Below, piece by piece: positions 1 through 10,786 of a DNA stretch of 64,000 bases (its first letter is position 1; each line of letters opens with the position of its first letter). The DNA is taken from positions 1 to 64,000 of the forward strand of contig JAZQOV010000007.1 in the NCBI GenBank assembly GCA_045628045.1. Direction: 5' to 3'. The position numbers and the translations under genes were made by a program. The stretch is from Bacilli bacterium. GTDB taxonomy: Bacteria > Bacillota_I > Bacilli_A > RFN20 > CAG-826. The notes below the pieces were generated by a model that saw only the letters and a program-made list of their open reading frames with translations, searched no databases and was not told the origin of the DNA.

Positions 1-405
<405 letters not shown>

Positions 406-542
406 TTTCATAAAATTTAATAAGATTTTTATCTGAGAAATGAATAAAGTAAAATAAGGGTAAATCAATGTAATATACTTGAAGAACATGGAAATAAACG
501 TAATATCTAGTTTTGAGAGAATAATTCTCTCTAAAGAAAAAG

Positions 543-653
543 TCTGGTGACGATGGCGCGGTGGACACACCTGTTCCCATCCCGAACACAGAAGTTAAGC
601 ACCGTAGTGGCGAAGGTATCCGAGCAATCGGGAAGAATAGCGAGCCGCCGGGC
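543..653 (+). rRNA. rrf: 5S rRNA
   Basis: CCTGTTCCCATCCCGAACACAGAAGTTAAGC core; 5' TCTGGTGAC pairs with 3' GCCGCCGGG; follows 23S. Confidence 0.96.
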
Positions 654-690
654 TTTTTCTTTTTGTCCAGAATTTGATATACTATTTAAT

Positions 691-1890
691 ATGAATAAAA
701 TACATTTTATATTTCTAAGATCTAAGGTTGGTAAGGACGAACGTTTTAAAGACGAAGAAAAGAATACTTACCTTAATAAACTTAACGAAAATAATGACTT
801 TATCTTTAGTGAAGATGGCACCCCAGTTTTCTTTATTGAAACTGGTGGAACTGAAGAAATTTTTAAGTCCAAATTTAATGAATATAAAGAGCCATTTTAT
901 ATCCTAGCAACGGACGCAAATAACTCTCTTCCGGCCTCTCTTGAGATTGCAACTTTTTTAAGAAAAAATAACAAAAAATTCCAAATTTTTCATGGCAAAC
1001 CAGAAGAAGTTAGAGAACTCTTAAAATCCGATGAAATCGAGAAAATATCAGGGAATTCCAGGGGATTTTTGAAATTTGAAGGTTTAAAAAATATGCGTTT
1101 AGGCGTAATTGGAAAGCCTTCAGATTGGTTAATTGCAAGTGAGACAAATTACGAAGAAGTAAAAGAAAAATTTGGTGCCACTTTAGTTGATATTCCAAGT
1201 GAAGAATTAGTAAGTCTTTCTAAGAGCGTAAAAGAGAAAGTTGATCCTGTAATTTTTGAGAACTTGATTAATGAAAAAGTCGATAAAGAAACTCTTGAAG
1301 GCGCACTCAAAATCTATTCTGCTCTTAGAGAGATTATTGTGAAATATAACTTAAATGGAATCACTGTTAGATGTTTTGATCTTTTAGACACAGTTAAGAA
1401 CACTTCTTGTCTTGCTTTAGCTATGCTAAACAAAGATGGATACATTGCAACATGCGAAGGAGACATTCCAACCATGCTTTCAATGGCAATAGTGAAGAGA
1501 GCTTTTAATGAATCCTCATTTCAAGTTAATCCAAGCTATCTTAATTTAAAAGAACGTTATGGTTATTTCGCTCATTGCACACTTCCTCTTGATATGTGTT
1601 TATCTTATTCATTTGATACTCATTTCGAGTCTGGAATCGGTTTAGGAGTGAAAGGACGCCTTAATTTAGGAAAAGTCACAGTCTTCAAAATGAATGCGAA
1701 CCTAAAAGATTATGAGATTTTTGAAGGTTCAATTGTTCAAAATCTACATAAGAATAACTTATGTAGAACTCAAGTGAAAATTAGTTTTAACGAAGACATA
1801 AATTCAATGTTTACTTCTCCAAACGGAAATCACTTAGTGATTTTTTATGGAGCTCACAAAGACGAATTAGTTAAGATTCTATCTAACTAA
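691..1890 (+). CDS. L-fucose/L-arabinose isomerase-like protein
   Basis: Motifs RCFDLL, TSCLALA, CEGDIP, FAHCTLP, THFESG, GNHLVI; start reassigned to ATG 691 because the ORF-track start lies inside 5S rRNA. Confidence 0.7.
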   Translation: MNKIHFIFLRSKVGKDERFKDEEKNTYLNKLNENNDFIFSEDGTPVFFIETGGTEEIFKSKFNEYKEPFYILATDANNSLPASLEIATFLRKNNKKFQIFHGKPEEVRELLKSDEIEKISGNSRGFLKFEGLKNMRLGVIGKPSDWLIASETNYEEVKEKFGATLVDIPSEELVSLSKSVKEKVDPVIFENLINEKVDKETLEGALKIYSALREIIVKYNLNGITVRCFDLLDTVKNTSCLALAMLNKDGYIATCEGDIPTMLSMAIVKRAFNESSFQVNPSYLNLKERYGYFAHCTLPLDMCLSYSFDTHFESGIGLGVKGRLNLGKVTVFKMNANLKDYEIFEGSIVQNLHKNNLCRTQVKISFNEDINSMFTSPNGNHLVIFYGAHKDELVKILSN

Positions 1891-1966
1891 TTTACCTCTC
1901 ATTTTGCAATTTATATATAAATATGCTATATTCTAGGCAAAGATAATTAATTATCTTAAATTTAAT

Positions 1967-2314
1967 ATGGCAATAAATAAACAAACCTCATTAGGTAAAA
2001 TAAATATCACAACGAAAGCAATTGTTTCGCTTGTAGCTGACGCCACGCTTGAATGTTATGGCGTTGTTGCAATTTGCGAAAAAGACCCAAAAACCAAGGT
2101 CGCAAAACGCGATGATTTTTCAAAAATGATTATCGTTAAGGAAGAAAAAGACGGATATGAAATTAGTTTTGCGATGGTTGTAACTCTTGGCGTTAAGGTC
2201 ACAGAAATATTGCGCAGTGTTCAAAAGAAAGTTAAGTATGTTGTCGAAAATACTTTTGATGTTCGCGTAGCGAAAGTCAATATTTTTGTACAAGATCTTG
2301 AGAAGGTACAATAA
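1967..2314 (+). CDS. Asp23/Gls24 family protein (YloU-like)
   Basis: LGKINIT..CYGVV..VNIFVQD pattern; canonical position upstream of the DAK2 gene. Confidence 0.85.
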   Translation: MAINKQTSLGKINITTKAIVSLVADATLECYGVVAICEKDPKTKVAKRDDFSKMIIVKEEKDGYEISFAMVVTLGVKVTEILRSVQKKVKYVVENTFDVRVAKVNIFVQDLEKVQ

Positions 2315-3969
2315 TGAAAACGATAAATTCGAAGTTATTAAAAGAGATGTTAATCTCTGGTGCCAATAATCTATATAACCATTATCCAGAGATTGATGCA
2401 TTAAATGTTTTCCCTGTTCCAGATGGCGACACAGGAATGAATATGAATCTTACTTTAGCAAGTGGTGCTAAGGAGATTCAAAATAGAAACGACAATGAAG
2501 TCTATCCAATTGCCCTTTCGTTCTCAAAGGGCTTACTTATGGGAGCAAGAGGCAATTCAGGTGTTATTACCTCACAAATTTTTAGAGGTTTTGCTCAAGC
2601 ACTTGAAGGATCAAAGACAATTGACGCACTTTTACTTGGTGATGCTTTTGCAAATGGCTCGAAAGTTGCTTATAAAGCAGTTATGAGACCAGTTGAAGGT
2701 ACAATTCTCACTGTTATTAGAGAAGCCTCAACATCACTCAAAAATTACGTCACAGAGGAAAATGATATTGAAGAATGCTTCAAGAAATTATTAACAGAAG
2801 CTAAAGCTTCTCTTAAACGTACTCCAGAACTTCTTCCTGTACTAAAGGAAGTTGGAGTTGTTGACTCTGGTGGTGCTGGACTTGTTAAAATTCTTGAAGG
2901 TATGAATTCTGCCTTAAAAGGCAAATTTATTGAGAAGAAAGAAATCTCTAGAGGCACCGATAATAGTGCTCAACAGGCTGTTGAAAGTGATGAATTTGGT
3001 TATTGCACTGAATTTATCTTAAGACTTGATCCAGAAAACAAAAAACCATTTGTTGAATCAAGATTTAAATCAATTTTATCAAGCTACGGAAATTCACTTG
3101 TTGTTGTCCATGACGATGACATTGTAAAAGTACACGTTCATACTCTTACTCCAGGTGCTGTATTGACCTTTGGTCAATCATTTGGTGAATTCGTTAAAAT
3201 CAAAGTTGAAAATATGACCGAACAACACACTTCACTTCAAGAGAAAAAAGAAGGCGAAGAACAACCTGTTGATGAACCAGTTAGTGAACTTAAGAAAGAA
3301 CCTACAAAAGAAACTGCTCTTGTTGCAGTTGCGGCAGGTAAAGGCGTTGAAGAAGCATTTAGAGAACTTGGCGCAAATGAGATTATTACTGGTGGCCAAA
3401 CAATGAACCCATCAATTGCTGACATTGTTAAAGCAATTAGAGCAACTGATGCAAAGACGGTTTATGTCTTCCCAAATAACTCAAATATTGTTATGGCTGC
3501 ACTTCAAGCAAAAGATGTTTTACATGAAGAAGTCGAGGTAGTTGTTGTACAAACTAAGACAATCCCTCAAGGTGTTGCTGCATTATCACAATTTTCACCT
3601 GATTTAAACGTTGCAGATAACGTTAAAAATATGAAAGAAGTCATAGCTCACATTTCATCTGGCGAGATTACTTACGCAGTAAAAGATACAACAATGAATG
3701 GTGTTGATATCAAAAAAGATGATTTTATGGCTATCGCAAATAAGAAAGTTGTTTGCTGTGAAAATAAGCCAGAAAAAGCCTTATTCAAAATGCTTAAGAA
3801 AATGATTAAGGAAGACAATTACTTAGCTACAATTTTCGTTGGTGAAGATGTAAGTGATAAACTTCTTGCAACACTCAAGAAAGAATTACCTGGAACTTAT
3901 CCAAATATCGAATTTGATATTCGTAGAGGAGATCAACCAGTTTATAACTTCCTTGTTGGTATTGAATAA
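2314..3969 (+). CDS. fakA: DAK2-domain fatty acid kinase catalytic subunit FakA (YloV)
   Basis: LNVFPVPDGDTG, GARGNSGVI, VVDSGG, YCTEF, KVHVHT, GGQTMNPS motifs. Confidence 0.93.
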   Translation: MKTINSKLLKEMLISGANNLYNHYPEIDALNVFPVPDGDTGMNMNLTLASGAKEIQNRNDNEVYPIALSFSKGLLMGARGNSGVITSQIFRGFAQALEGSKTIDALLLGDAFANGSKVAYKAVMRPVEGTILTVIREASTSLKNYVTEENDIEECFKKLLTEAKASLKRTPELLPVLKEVGVVDSGGAGLVKILEGMNSALKGKFIEKKEISRGTDNSAQQAVESDEFGYCTEFILRLDPENKKPFVESRFKSILSSYGNSLVVVHDDDIVKVHVHTLTPGAVLTFGQSFGEFVKIKVENMTEQHTSLQEKKEGEEQPVDEPVSELKKEPTKETALVAVAAGKGVEEAFRELGANEIITGGQTMNPSIADIVKAIRATDAKTVYVFPNNSNIVMAALQAKDVLHEEVEVVVVQTKTIPQGVAALSQFSPDLNVADNVKNMKEVIAHISSGEITYAVKDTTMNGVDIKKDDFMAIANKKVVCCENKPEKALFKMLKKMIKEDNYLATIFVGEDVSDKLLATLKKELPGTYPNIEFDIRRGDQPVYNFLVGIE

Positions 3970-3975
3970 CTAATT

Positions 3976-3999
3976 AGCCATCTAAAAGATGGCTTTTTT
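3976..3999 (+). terminator. Intrinsic terminator after fakA
   Basis: AGCCATCT-AAA-AGATGGCT hairpin followed by T tract. Confidence 0.8.
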
Positions 4000-4097
4000 A
4001 TTGCCGAAACAAAGTAATATTATCGCAAGATTAAACATTTATGTTTTTTAGTGTGATATTTGTTTTTGCGTGATACAATACATGCGGAGGATTTACT

Positions 4098-5069
4098 ATG
4101 GTCAAATTAGTTATTGATATGATGGGCGGAGATAATGGCGTTAGCGCAACTATCGATGCTGTTAAAAGTTTTTGTGCAACTCATAAAGATTGTGAAATCA
4201 TCGCAGTTGGTGATGAAAAAGCTTTAGAACCAATTAAAGACATTGTCGCTAAGATTATCCCTTCTCAAAGTATTCTTCCTATGGAATGTGGTGTCATGCA
4301 AGCCATGAGACAAAAAGATTCTAGTGTTTACAAAGCAGTTAGTGCTGTTAACGAAGAGAAAGCTGATGGCGTTTTATCCGCCGGTTCAACTGGTGCGTTC
4401 CTTTCGTTAGCCACATTAATCACAAAGAAAATTCCAGGTGTTGAAAGACCAGCTCTTATAACTCCATTTCCATGCAAAGTTCATGGCAAATATGTAGTTT
4501 TACTAGACGTTGGTGCATCAAGTGAAAACTCACCAGAAGATCTTTATCAATTCGCCACAATGGGAGAAGCATACTACAAAGTAGTATATGGAAAAGAAAA
4601 TCCTAATATCAATTTAATTTGTAATGGTACCGAAGAAGGTAAGGGCAATGAACTTTCAAAGAAAGCCTACGCATTGCTTAAGGAAAAACCAAATTTCAAA
4701 GGTTACATTGAAGGACGCCATGTTTTCGATGGAGAATGTGACGTTTGTGTCTTTGATGGATTTACCGGAAATGTTTTCCTAAAGACAGCAGAAGGTGTTG
4801 CTAAAATGATGGGTTCAATGATGAAAGAGTCATTCACCTCATCATTTGCATCAAAGATTGGTTATTTACTTGCTAAGAAAGGCTTTAAACCAATGTTGAG
4901 CACAATGGACTATAAGAAAGTTGGTGGTGCTTTACTTCTTGGTGTAAATACCGTAGCTGTTAAGGCACACGGAAACTCAGATGGTTATTCTTTTGCCTCT
5001 GCAATGGATATTGCGTACAAATTAGCCAAAAACAAAATTGTTGACCATATTAAAGAAAATATTAAATGA
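4098..5069 (+). CDS. plsX: Phosphate acyltransferase PlsX
   Basis: IDMMGGD, SAGSTGA, RPAL, LDVGA, DGFTGNVFLK, KAHGNS. Confidence 0.95.
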   Translation: MVKLVIDMMGGDNGVSATIDAVKSFCATHKDCEIIAVGDEKALEPIKDIVAKIIPSQSILPMECGVMQAMRQKDSSVYKAVSAVNEEKADGVLSAGSTGAFLSLATLITKKIPGVERPALITPFPCKVHGKYVVLLDVGASSENSPEDLYQFATMGEAYYKVVYGKENPNINLICNGTEEGKGNELSKKAYALLKEKPNFKGYIEGRHVFDGECDVCVFDGFTGNVFLKTAEGVAKMMGSMMKESFTSSFASKIGYLLAKKGFKPMLSTMDYKKVGGALLLGVNTVAVKAHGNSDGYSFASAMDIAYKLAKNKIVDHIKENIK

Positions 5070-5749
5070 AAGATTTAAAGTTATTCCTAAAGAAATTTAG
5101 CATTGAACCAAAGCATATTGTTCTTTATGAACAAGCTTTTACTCATCCTTCATATAACGCTGATGCAAATACAAAGCATCACGATTATGAAAGGTTAGAA
5201 TTTTTAGGTGACTCAGTAATTGATTTAGCGGTTGCTGAAATTTCTTTCGTAACTCGTCCTGATTTAAATCAAGGAAGTCTTACTAAAATGAGAGCAGCAC
5301 TTGTTTCAACAGGTGGTTTATCTTCTCTTGCAAGGAAATATGGATTGCATGAATATATTCGCTTAGGAAATTCATTTTCTGGCGATATTGCTAAGGCAAA
5401 TCATATTTTAGAAAACGTTTTCGAGGCATTTATAGGAGCTTTATACCTAGATCAAGGTTTTAAGGTCACTAAGGATGTTCTTGTGAATATTTTTATTGAT
5501 TTGATCAAAACGTTTAATGCTGAGGCTTTAAATGATTATAAATCAAGACTTCAAGAAGAAATGCAGGCTGAACATAGAGAGTCTGTTTCTTATGAAGTTG
5601 TTTCAGAAAGTGGTCCAGCGCATGATAAAAAATTTAAAGTCAGGGTTTTATTTGATGGCATTGAACTTGGTACTGGTGAAGGAAGTACTAAGAAAGAAGC
5701 TGAACAATTAGCAGCAAAAGCTGCACTCGAAAAGGAAGCAAACAAATAA
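5066..5749 (+). CDS. rnc: Ribonuclease III
   Basis: ERLEFLGDSV signature, FEAFIGALYLD, C-terminal dsRBD (DYKSRLQE..KKEAEQ). Confidence 0.97.
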   Translation: MKDLKLFLKKFSIEPKHIVLYEQAFTHPSYNADANTKHHDYERLEFLGDSVIDLAVAEISFVTRPDLNQGSLTKMRAALVSTGGLSSLARKYGLHEYIRLGNSFSGDIAKANHILENVFEAFIGALYLDQGFKVTKDVLVNIFIDLIKTFNAEALNDYKSRLQEEMQAEHRESVSYEVVSESGPAHDKKFKVRVLFDGIELGTGEGSTKKEAEQLAAKAALEKEANK

Positions 5750-6729
5750 TGGGTTTATTAAAGTTTCTAAAAGAAAAGTTTAACAAAAACAAATCGCAAG
5801 AGTCCTCTAACTATGTTAAAGGAATGGAAAAATCTCGCGAGAATTTTGCTGCTAAACTTGATTCTATCGCTAAAAAGTCAAAGAAAATCAATGAAGAATA
5901 TTTTGACGAACTTGAAGAAATTTTAATTGAAGCTGATGTTGGTGTTGCTTTAACGATGAAAGTAATTGAACAAGTTATTAAGGAAAGCAAAGAGAAGAAA
6001 ATTTCTGATGCAGATGAAATTAATGAACTTGTTATTGATAAATTATTTGAAGGCTACATGAATAGTGGAGATAAGGTCTGCAGTGACATTTCTTTTAGAA
6101 ATGAAGGACCAACCGTTTTACTTGTTGCCGGCGTAAATGGTGTTGGAAAAACCACAACAATTGCTAAACTTGCTTACAGATACATTTCTCAAGGCAAAAA
6201 AGTTATGCTTTGTGCTGCTGATACATTTAGAGCAGGAGCGATAGAGCAACTAAAAGTTTGGGCTGATAGACTTGGTTGCGATATTGTTACAGGAAAGCCA
6301 GAATCCGATCCAGCTTCTGTAGCATTTGATGGTGCAAAGAAAGCAAAAGAAAATGGTGTTGATTTATTAATTGTTGATACAGCAGGAAGACTCCAAAACA
6401 AAGTTAATTTAATGAATGAACTTTCAAAAATGTGTAGAGTTATTTCTAAAGAAATACCTGATGCTCCACATGAAGTGTTTTTGGTTATTGATGCAACCAC
6501 TGGACAAAATGGTGTTGTTCAAGCAAAACAGTTTATGGATTGTATTAAATTAACAGGTATTGTCATTACAAAAATGGATGGTACTTCTAAGGGCGGAATT
6601 ATTCTCGCCATTAGAGATGAACTTGGCATTCCTGTAAGATTTATTGGTCTTGGTGAAAAGATGGAAGACCTCAAAGAATTTGATTTAGAAAATTACTTAA
6701 TCGGTCTTTGTATTGGAGATAAAAAATGA
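5749..6729 (+). CDS. ftsY: SRP receptor FtsY
   Basis: GVNGVGKTT, DTFRAGA, DTAGR, TKMDGTSKGG. Confidence 0.97.
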   Translation: MGLLKFLKEKFNKNKSQESSNYVKGMEKSRENFAAKLDSIAKKSKKINEEYFDELEEILIEADVGVALTMKVIEQVIKESKEKKISDADEINELVIDKLFEGYMNSGDKVCSDISFRNEGPTVLLVAGVNGVGKTTTIAKLAYRYISQGKKVMLCAADTFRAGAIEQLKVWADRLGCDIVTGKPESDPASVAFDGAKKAKENGVDLLIVDTAGRLQNKVNLMNELSKMCRVISKEIPDAPHEVFLVIDATTGQNGVVQAKQFMDCIKLTGIVITKMDGTSKGGIILAIRDELGIPVRFIGLGEKMEDLKEFDLENYLIGLCIGDKK

Positions 6730-7028
6730 GCGAGATTAAAAAGACCCTAGAAATTAATCGTTTGCTCGATATTTATGGTCGACTTTTAACCAAACAGCAA
6801 TTCGAAATTATGTCTGATTACTATTATTGTGATCTTTCATTAAGCGAGATTTCTGAGCTTAGAAAAATTTCAAGAACTGCTGTTTCTGACTCTATAAAAA
6901 CATCATCAAAAAAACTCGATAAATTCGAAAAATCCCTGGGAATTTGCGGGGTTTTTGATAAAAATCGTACGAAGCAAAACGCTAAAATTTTAGATAAAAT
7001 TGAAGAGGATATAAAGAATGGCATTTGA
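6726..7028 (+). CDS. ylxM: YlxM family SRP-associated HTH protein
   Basis: LLDIYGRLLT..DLSLSEI..SRTAV; located between ftsY and ffh. Confidence 0.88.
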   Translation: MSEIKKTLEINRLLDIYGRLLTKQQFEIMSDYYYCDLSLSEISELRKISRTAVSDSIKTSSKKLDKFEKSLGICGVFDKNRTKQNAKILDKIEEDIKNGI

Positions 7029-8376
7029 GTCTTTAACAGAAAAATTTAAACGAATATTTAAAGGTATTAGAGGCCAAGCACACTTAACAGAATCTAATAT
7101 GGATGAAATGCTTAAGGAAGTGCGTGTTGCCCTTCTTGAAGCCGACGTTAATTTTAAGGTTGTTAAAACATTTTTAGATAATATAAAACAAAAGGCAATT
7201 GGTGCAGAAGTTTATACAAAATTAAATCCTTCACAAATGGTTGTCAAAATTGTTCACGATGAACTTGAAACATTACTTGGATCTGAAAATTCCGGATTAA
7301 AATTCGAAAATAATAAACCAACAATTATTATGATGGTTGGTCTTCAAGGTACTGGTAAAACAACAACTGCAGGTAAGCTTGCTTACCTGATGAAGAATAA
7401 ACTTAACAAAAAAGTTATGTTAGCAGCAGGTGATATTTATAGACCTGGTGCTATTGATCAATTAGAACAACTTGGTAAGCAAATAGATGTTCCGGTATTC
7501 TCCTTAGGAACAAACATTTCACCTGTCGAAATTGCAAAACAAGCAAAAGAAAAAGCTTACAATGAACATTTTGATGTTCTTATCATTGATACTGCAGGTC
7601 GTTTGCAAATTGATGAGTTATTAATGAAAGAATTAAACGACATTTCCGATGCGGTTTCTCCAACAGAAGTATTACTTCTTGTTGATGCGATGTCAGGACA
7701 AGATGCAATTAACGTTGCAAATGCTTTCCATAACGCACTCGATGTTACAGGAATTGTGATGTCTAAATTAGATGGTGATGCACGTGGTGGTGCTGCACTT
7801 TCGATTAAACATTTAACAGGAATTCCTATTAAATTTGCTGGTGTTGGCGAAAAAATCACTGATTTAGATATTTTCCATCCTGATAGAATGGCAGATCGTA
7901 TTCTTGGAATGGGCGATATCGTAACTCTTGCTGAAAAAGTAAAAGATGAGATTGATGAAAAAGAAGCTGCTAAAGAAGCAGCAAAGATGATGGATGGCAA
8001 ATTCACATTAGACGATCTTGTCAAAAATATGAAACGTATTCAACGCATGGGTTCAATTGGCGGATTAATAAAATTAATCCCTGGCATGCCAACAATCACC
8101 GATGAGCAAAAAGAAGCTGGAGAAAAAGAGATGAGAGTTATGGAAGCTCTTATTAACTCAATGACTCCAGAAGAAAGACGTAATCCAGAAATTCTTAAGA
8201 ATTCTAGAAAAGTTCGTATCGCTAAAGGTTCTGGCAAAACCAATGCCGATATTAATCGTCTACTTAAGAAATATGAACAAATGCAAGAAATGATGAAACG
8301 AATGCAACAATTTAAAAAGACCGGGCGCATGCCTCCAGGAATGAATTTTCCTGGAATGGGTGGCTTCGGAATGTAA
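7018..8376 (+). CDS. ffh: Signal recognition particle protein Ffh
   Basis: GLQGTGKTT, DTAGR, DGDARGGAALS, Met-rich M domain (SMTPEER). Confidence 0.97.
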   Translation: MAFESLTEKFKRIFKGIRGQAHLTESNMDEMLKEVRVALLEADVNFKVVKTFLDNIKQKAIGAEVYTKLNPSQMVVKIVHDELETLLGSENSGLKFENNKPTIIMMVGLQGTGKTTTAGKLAYLMKNKLNKKVMLAAGDIYRPGAIDQLEQLGKQIDVPVFSLGTNISPVEIAKQAKEKAYNEHFDVLIIDTAGRLQIDELLMKELNDISDAVSPTEVLLLVDAMSGQDAINVANAFHNALDVTGIVMSKLDGDARGGAALSIKHLTGIPIKFAGVGEKITDLDIFHPDRMADRILGMGDIVTLAEKVKDEIDEKEAAKEAAKMMDGKFTLDDLVKNMKRIQRMGSIGGLIKLIPGMPTITDEQKEAGEKEMRVMEALINSMTPEERRNPEILKNSRKVRIAKGSGKTNADINRLLKKYEQMQEMMKRMQQFKKTGRMPPGMNFPGMGGFGM

Positions 8377-8379
8377 AAG

Positions 8380-8401
8380 AAAAGACCCAAAGGGTCTTTT
8401 T
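8380..8401. terminator. Bidirectional terminator between convergent ffh and trmD
   Basis: AAAAGACCC-AAA-GGGTCTTTT. Confidence 0.8.
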
Positions 8402-9173
8402 ATTTTGTAAATTTTTTACCTTTTTCAAGTGCCTGTGTTAACCATTTTGGATTGTCAATTTTTTGATCAATCTCATCAAGCAATTTTTTATCTTGTTTTG
8501 TTAAATCGTGTTTTTTGAATAAATCAGGCCTACATTCACGAGTAAGCTTTAAACTTTCTTTCCTTCTATATTTTTCAATAGCGGTGTGGTTACCTGTATA
8601 TAAAATATCAGGTACTTTCTTACCATCGAATTCTTTTGGCTCAGTATACTGAGGATACTCTAACAAATTATCATTAAATGATTCTTCATCAAGAGAAACA
8701 TCGGTAATTGCCCCATCAAGTAATCTAATAACTGAATCGGCAATTGCCATTGCTCCGATTTCACCACCTGTTAAAACATAATCGCCGATTGATACAAGGC
8801 CATCGACGTAATCATTAACTCTCTCATCAATGCCTTCATAGTGACCACAGAGCAAGACAATATCATCAAGTTTTGCAAGCTTAGTCGCATCTTCTTGGGT
8901 GTATTGTTTTCCTCTAGGCGAAAGCATTAATTTAAATGATTTCTTAGAGGAAACGCTCTTCAGAGCGTCTACTATTGGTTGGCACTTCATAATAAGGCCA
9001 GCTCCGCCCCCAACTGGTGGTGTGTCAACTCTTCCATATTTGTCTTTTGTGAAATCACGAATGTTTACAATTTTAACTTCACAAACTTTCTTTCCGATTG
9101 CACGCTTAATAATTGAGTTTGTTAAAAACCCATCAAACATTTCTGGAAATAAAGTTAAGATAGTTATTTTCAT
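8400..9173 (-). CDS. trmD: tRNA (guanine37-N1)-methyltransferase
   Basis: LTLFPEMF, CGHYEGIDER, SIGDYVLTGGE, LEYPQYT. Confidence 0.96.
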   Translation of the reverse strand: MKITILTLFPEMFDGFLTNSIIKRAIGKKVCEVKIVNIRDFTKDKYGRVDTPPVGGGAGLIMKCQPIVDALKSVSSKKSFKLMLSPRGKQYTQEDATKLAKLDDIVLLCGHYEGIDERVNDYVDGLVSIGDYVLTGGEIGAMAIADSVIRLLDGAITDVSLDEESFNDNLLEYPQYTEPKEFDGKKVPDILYTGNHTAIEKYRRKESLKLTRECRPDLFKKHDLTKQDKKLLDEIDQKIDNPKWLTQALEKGKKFTK

Positions 9174-9676
9174 AGTAAGCCTTCAATATATTTTACAATG
9201 ATTTTTTTGTCTTCAAGAGATACGGATTTAATAAATGCTTTTACGAACGGAATAAGTACATCTTTATCAGAAGTTTTTACACGCAATGTTACATAAGAAC
9301 AGAACTCTTCAATCTGTGAAACTATTCCTATTTCTTTGCCTGTATCAAAGGTAGCACTCATACCAATTAAGTCAGAGTAGAAAAATTCATTTTCCCCGAG
9401 AAATCCCTGGTTTTTTTCGACAAATAGGTACTTTTTATTTATCTTCTCAGCTTCTTCAATTGATGTAATTTCTTCAAAAATTATGTTATCGCAATCACCG
9501 TTTGTGCGGTGCATTTTGATAGTTAATTCTTTCTCAATTTCGTGTTTATCATTTAAAAGAAAAACGCGACTTCCTTTTTTGAAACGGGTGTCGCGAAAAT
9601 GAGTAGAGGGATAAATTTTAACTTCACCTTTGAGTCCGATAGTTCTAACTATTTGACCTACAGTAAGAAATTCCAT
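9170..9676 (-). CDS. rimM: 16S rRNA processing protein RimM
   Basis: VGQIV..GLKGEVK, EFFYSDLIG, LIPFV; upstream of trmD. Confidence 0.93.
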   Translation of the reverse strand: MEFLTVGQIVRTIGLKGEVKIYPSTHFRDTRFKKGSRVFLLNDKHEIEKELTIKMHRTNGDCDNIIFEEITSIEEAEKINKKYLFVEKNQGFLGENEFFYSDLIGMSATFDTGKEIGIVSQIEEFCSYVTLRVKTSDKDVLIPFVKAFIKSVSLEDKKIIVKYIEGLL

Positions 9677-9678
9677 GC

Positions 9679-9939
9679 TTATTTATTTTCTTCTTCGAAT
9701 GATTCGAATTTTAAATGAACGTGTTTTCCTTCGTTCTTTCCGGTAATTGCGATAACTTCGCGGAGAGCGTTAGCAACGCTTCCTTTTTTACCGATTAATC
9801 TGGCTGTGTCTTCGCTTTCTGCACAAATGAGAAGGACTACGTCCTTTTCGTTCTCAGTAGGCATTTCACGAACCATTACTGCATCTGGATTAATTAGAAA
9901 AGGATCAACAATTGTATGAATGATCTTCTCGTAGTCCAT
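9679..9939 (-). CDS. khpA: KH-domain RNA-binding protein KhpA (YlqC)
   Basis: RLIGKKG GxxG loop; located between rpsP and rimM. Confidence 0.88.
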   Translation of the reverse strand: MDYEKIIHTIVDPFLINPDAVMVREMPTENEKDVVLLICAESEDTARLIGKKGSVANALREVIAITGKNEGKHVHLKFESFEEENK

Positions 9940-10214
9940 TATTTAGATTCCTTTTTTGCCTTTGCGTATTTTTCCATAATACCTTTCTTTGTGAAAAGTG
10001 TACGGATTGAATCTGATGGTGTTGCACCTTTTTCTAACCATTTAAGAGCTAATTCGACATTGATGTCTGCTGCATCTTCTGGTTTTGCTGGATCATAGAA
10101 TCCAATTTGTTCGATATAACGTCCATCTCTTGCAAATCTTGAATCTGCAACAACGACACGATAAATTGCTTCGTTGTGACGGCCAATTCTGGTAAGTCTA
10201 ATTTTAACTGACAT
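9939..10214 (-). CDS. rpsP: 30S ribosomal protein S16
   Basis: MSVKIRLTRIG, YRVVVADSR..RDGR, WLEKGATPSD. Confidence 0.97.
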   Translation of the reverse strand: MSVKIRLTRIGRHNEAIYRVVVADSRFARDGRYIEQIGFYDPAKPEDAADINVELALKWLEKGATPSDSIRTLFTKKGIMEKYAKAKKESK

Positions 10215-10242
10215 TTTAGTAATCTCCTTTTTACCGACATCT

Positions 10243-10326
10243 ATTATATATAGATTATTATAAGTGTCAAGTAATTTTACTTAACACCATAAAAAACTTG
10301 CATCTCTTTTTAATAAAGAGTATTAT
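10243..10326. promoter_or_regulatory. Divergent sigma-A-type promoters for rpsP (-) and rplS (+)
   Basis: Minus strand TTGACA(10270-10265)-16 nt-TATAAT(10248-10243); plus strand TTGCAT(10298)-17 nt-TATTAT(10321). Confidence 0.65.
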
Positions 10327-10355
10327 CTTTCTTGCGAGTTTAGAAAACTTGCTGA

Positions 10356-10390
10356 GGGCGTCCCGCTTTCATAAATGATATGAACGCACC
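10356..10390 (+). ncRNA. L19 ribosomal protein leader (cis-regulatory)
   Basis: GCGTCCCGCT...ATGAACGC stem with the CCGCU motif of the Firmicutes L19 leader, directly upstream of rplS. Confidence 0.65.
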
Positions 10391-10422
10391 AAAATATTAC
10401 TTGTAAAGAGAGGAGAAAAGAC

Positions 10423-10770
10423 ATGAACACAAATATCGTTAACGAAGTTACTGCACGTCAACTTAAGAAAAATGTTCCAGAATTTAAAGCTGGTGACACT
10501 GTCTCAGTTTCCGTCAGAATTACTGAAAATAACAAATCACGTATCCAAGTCTTCCAAGGTGTTGTTATTCAACGCCGTGGCTCCGGTGTCAGCGAGACCT
10601 TCACTGTTAGAAAAATTTCTTCAGGTGTCGGCGTAGAAAGAACTTTCCCAATTCACTCACCAGCTGTTGCTGATATTAAAGTTGAGAAACATGGTAAAGT
10701 TCGTAGAAGCAGAATCTTCTACTTACGTGATCGTGCTGGCAAGGCAGCCCGTATTAAAGAAGTTCTTTAA
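10423..10770 (+). CDS. rplS: 50S ribosomal protein L19
   Basis: [40 protein letters not shown]. Confidence 0.98.
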   Translation: MNTNIVNEVTARQLKKNVPEFKAGDTVSVSVRITENNKSRIQVFQGVVIQRRGSGVSETFTVRKISSGVGVERTFPIHSPAVADIKVEKHGKVRRSRIFYLRDRAGKAARIKEVL

Positions 10771-10786
10771 TCAGAAGCTAAGAAAT

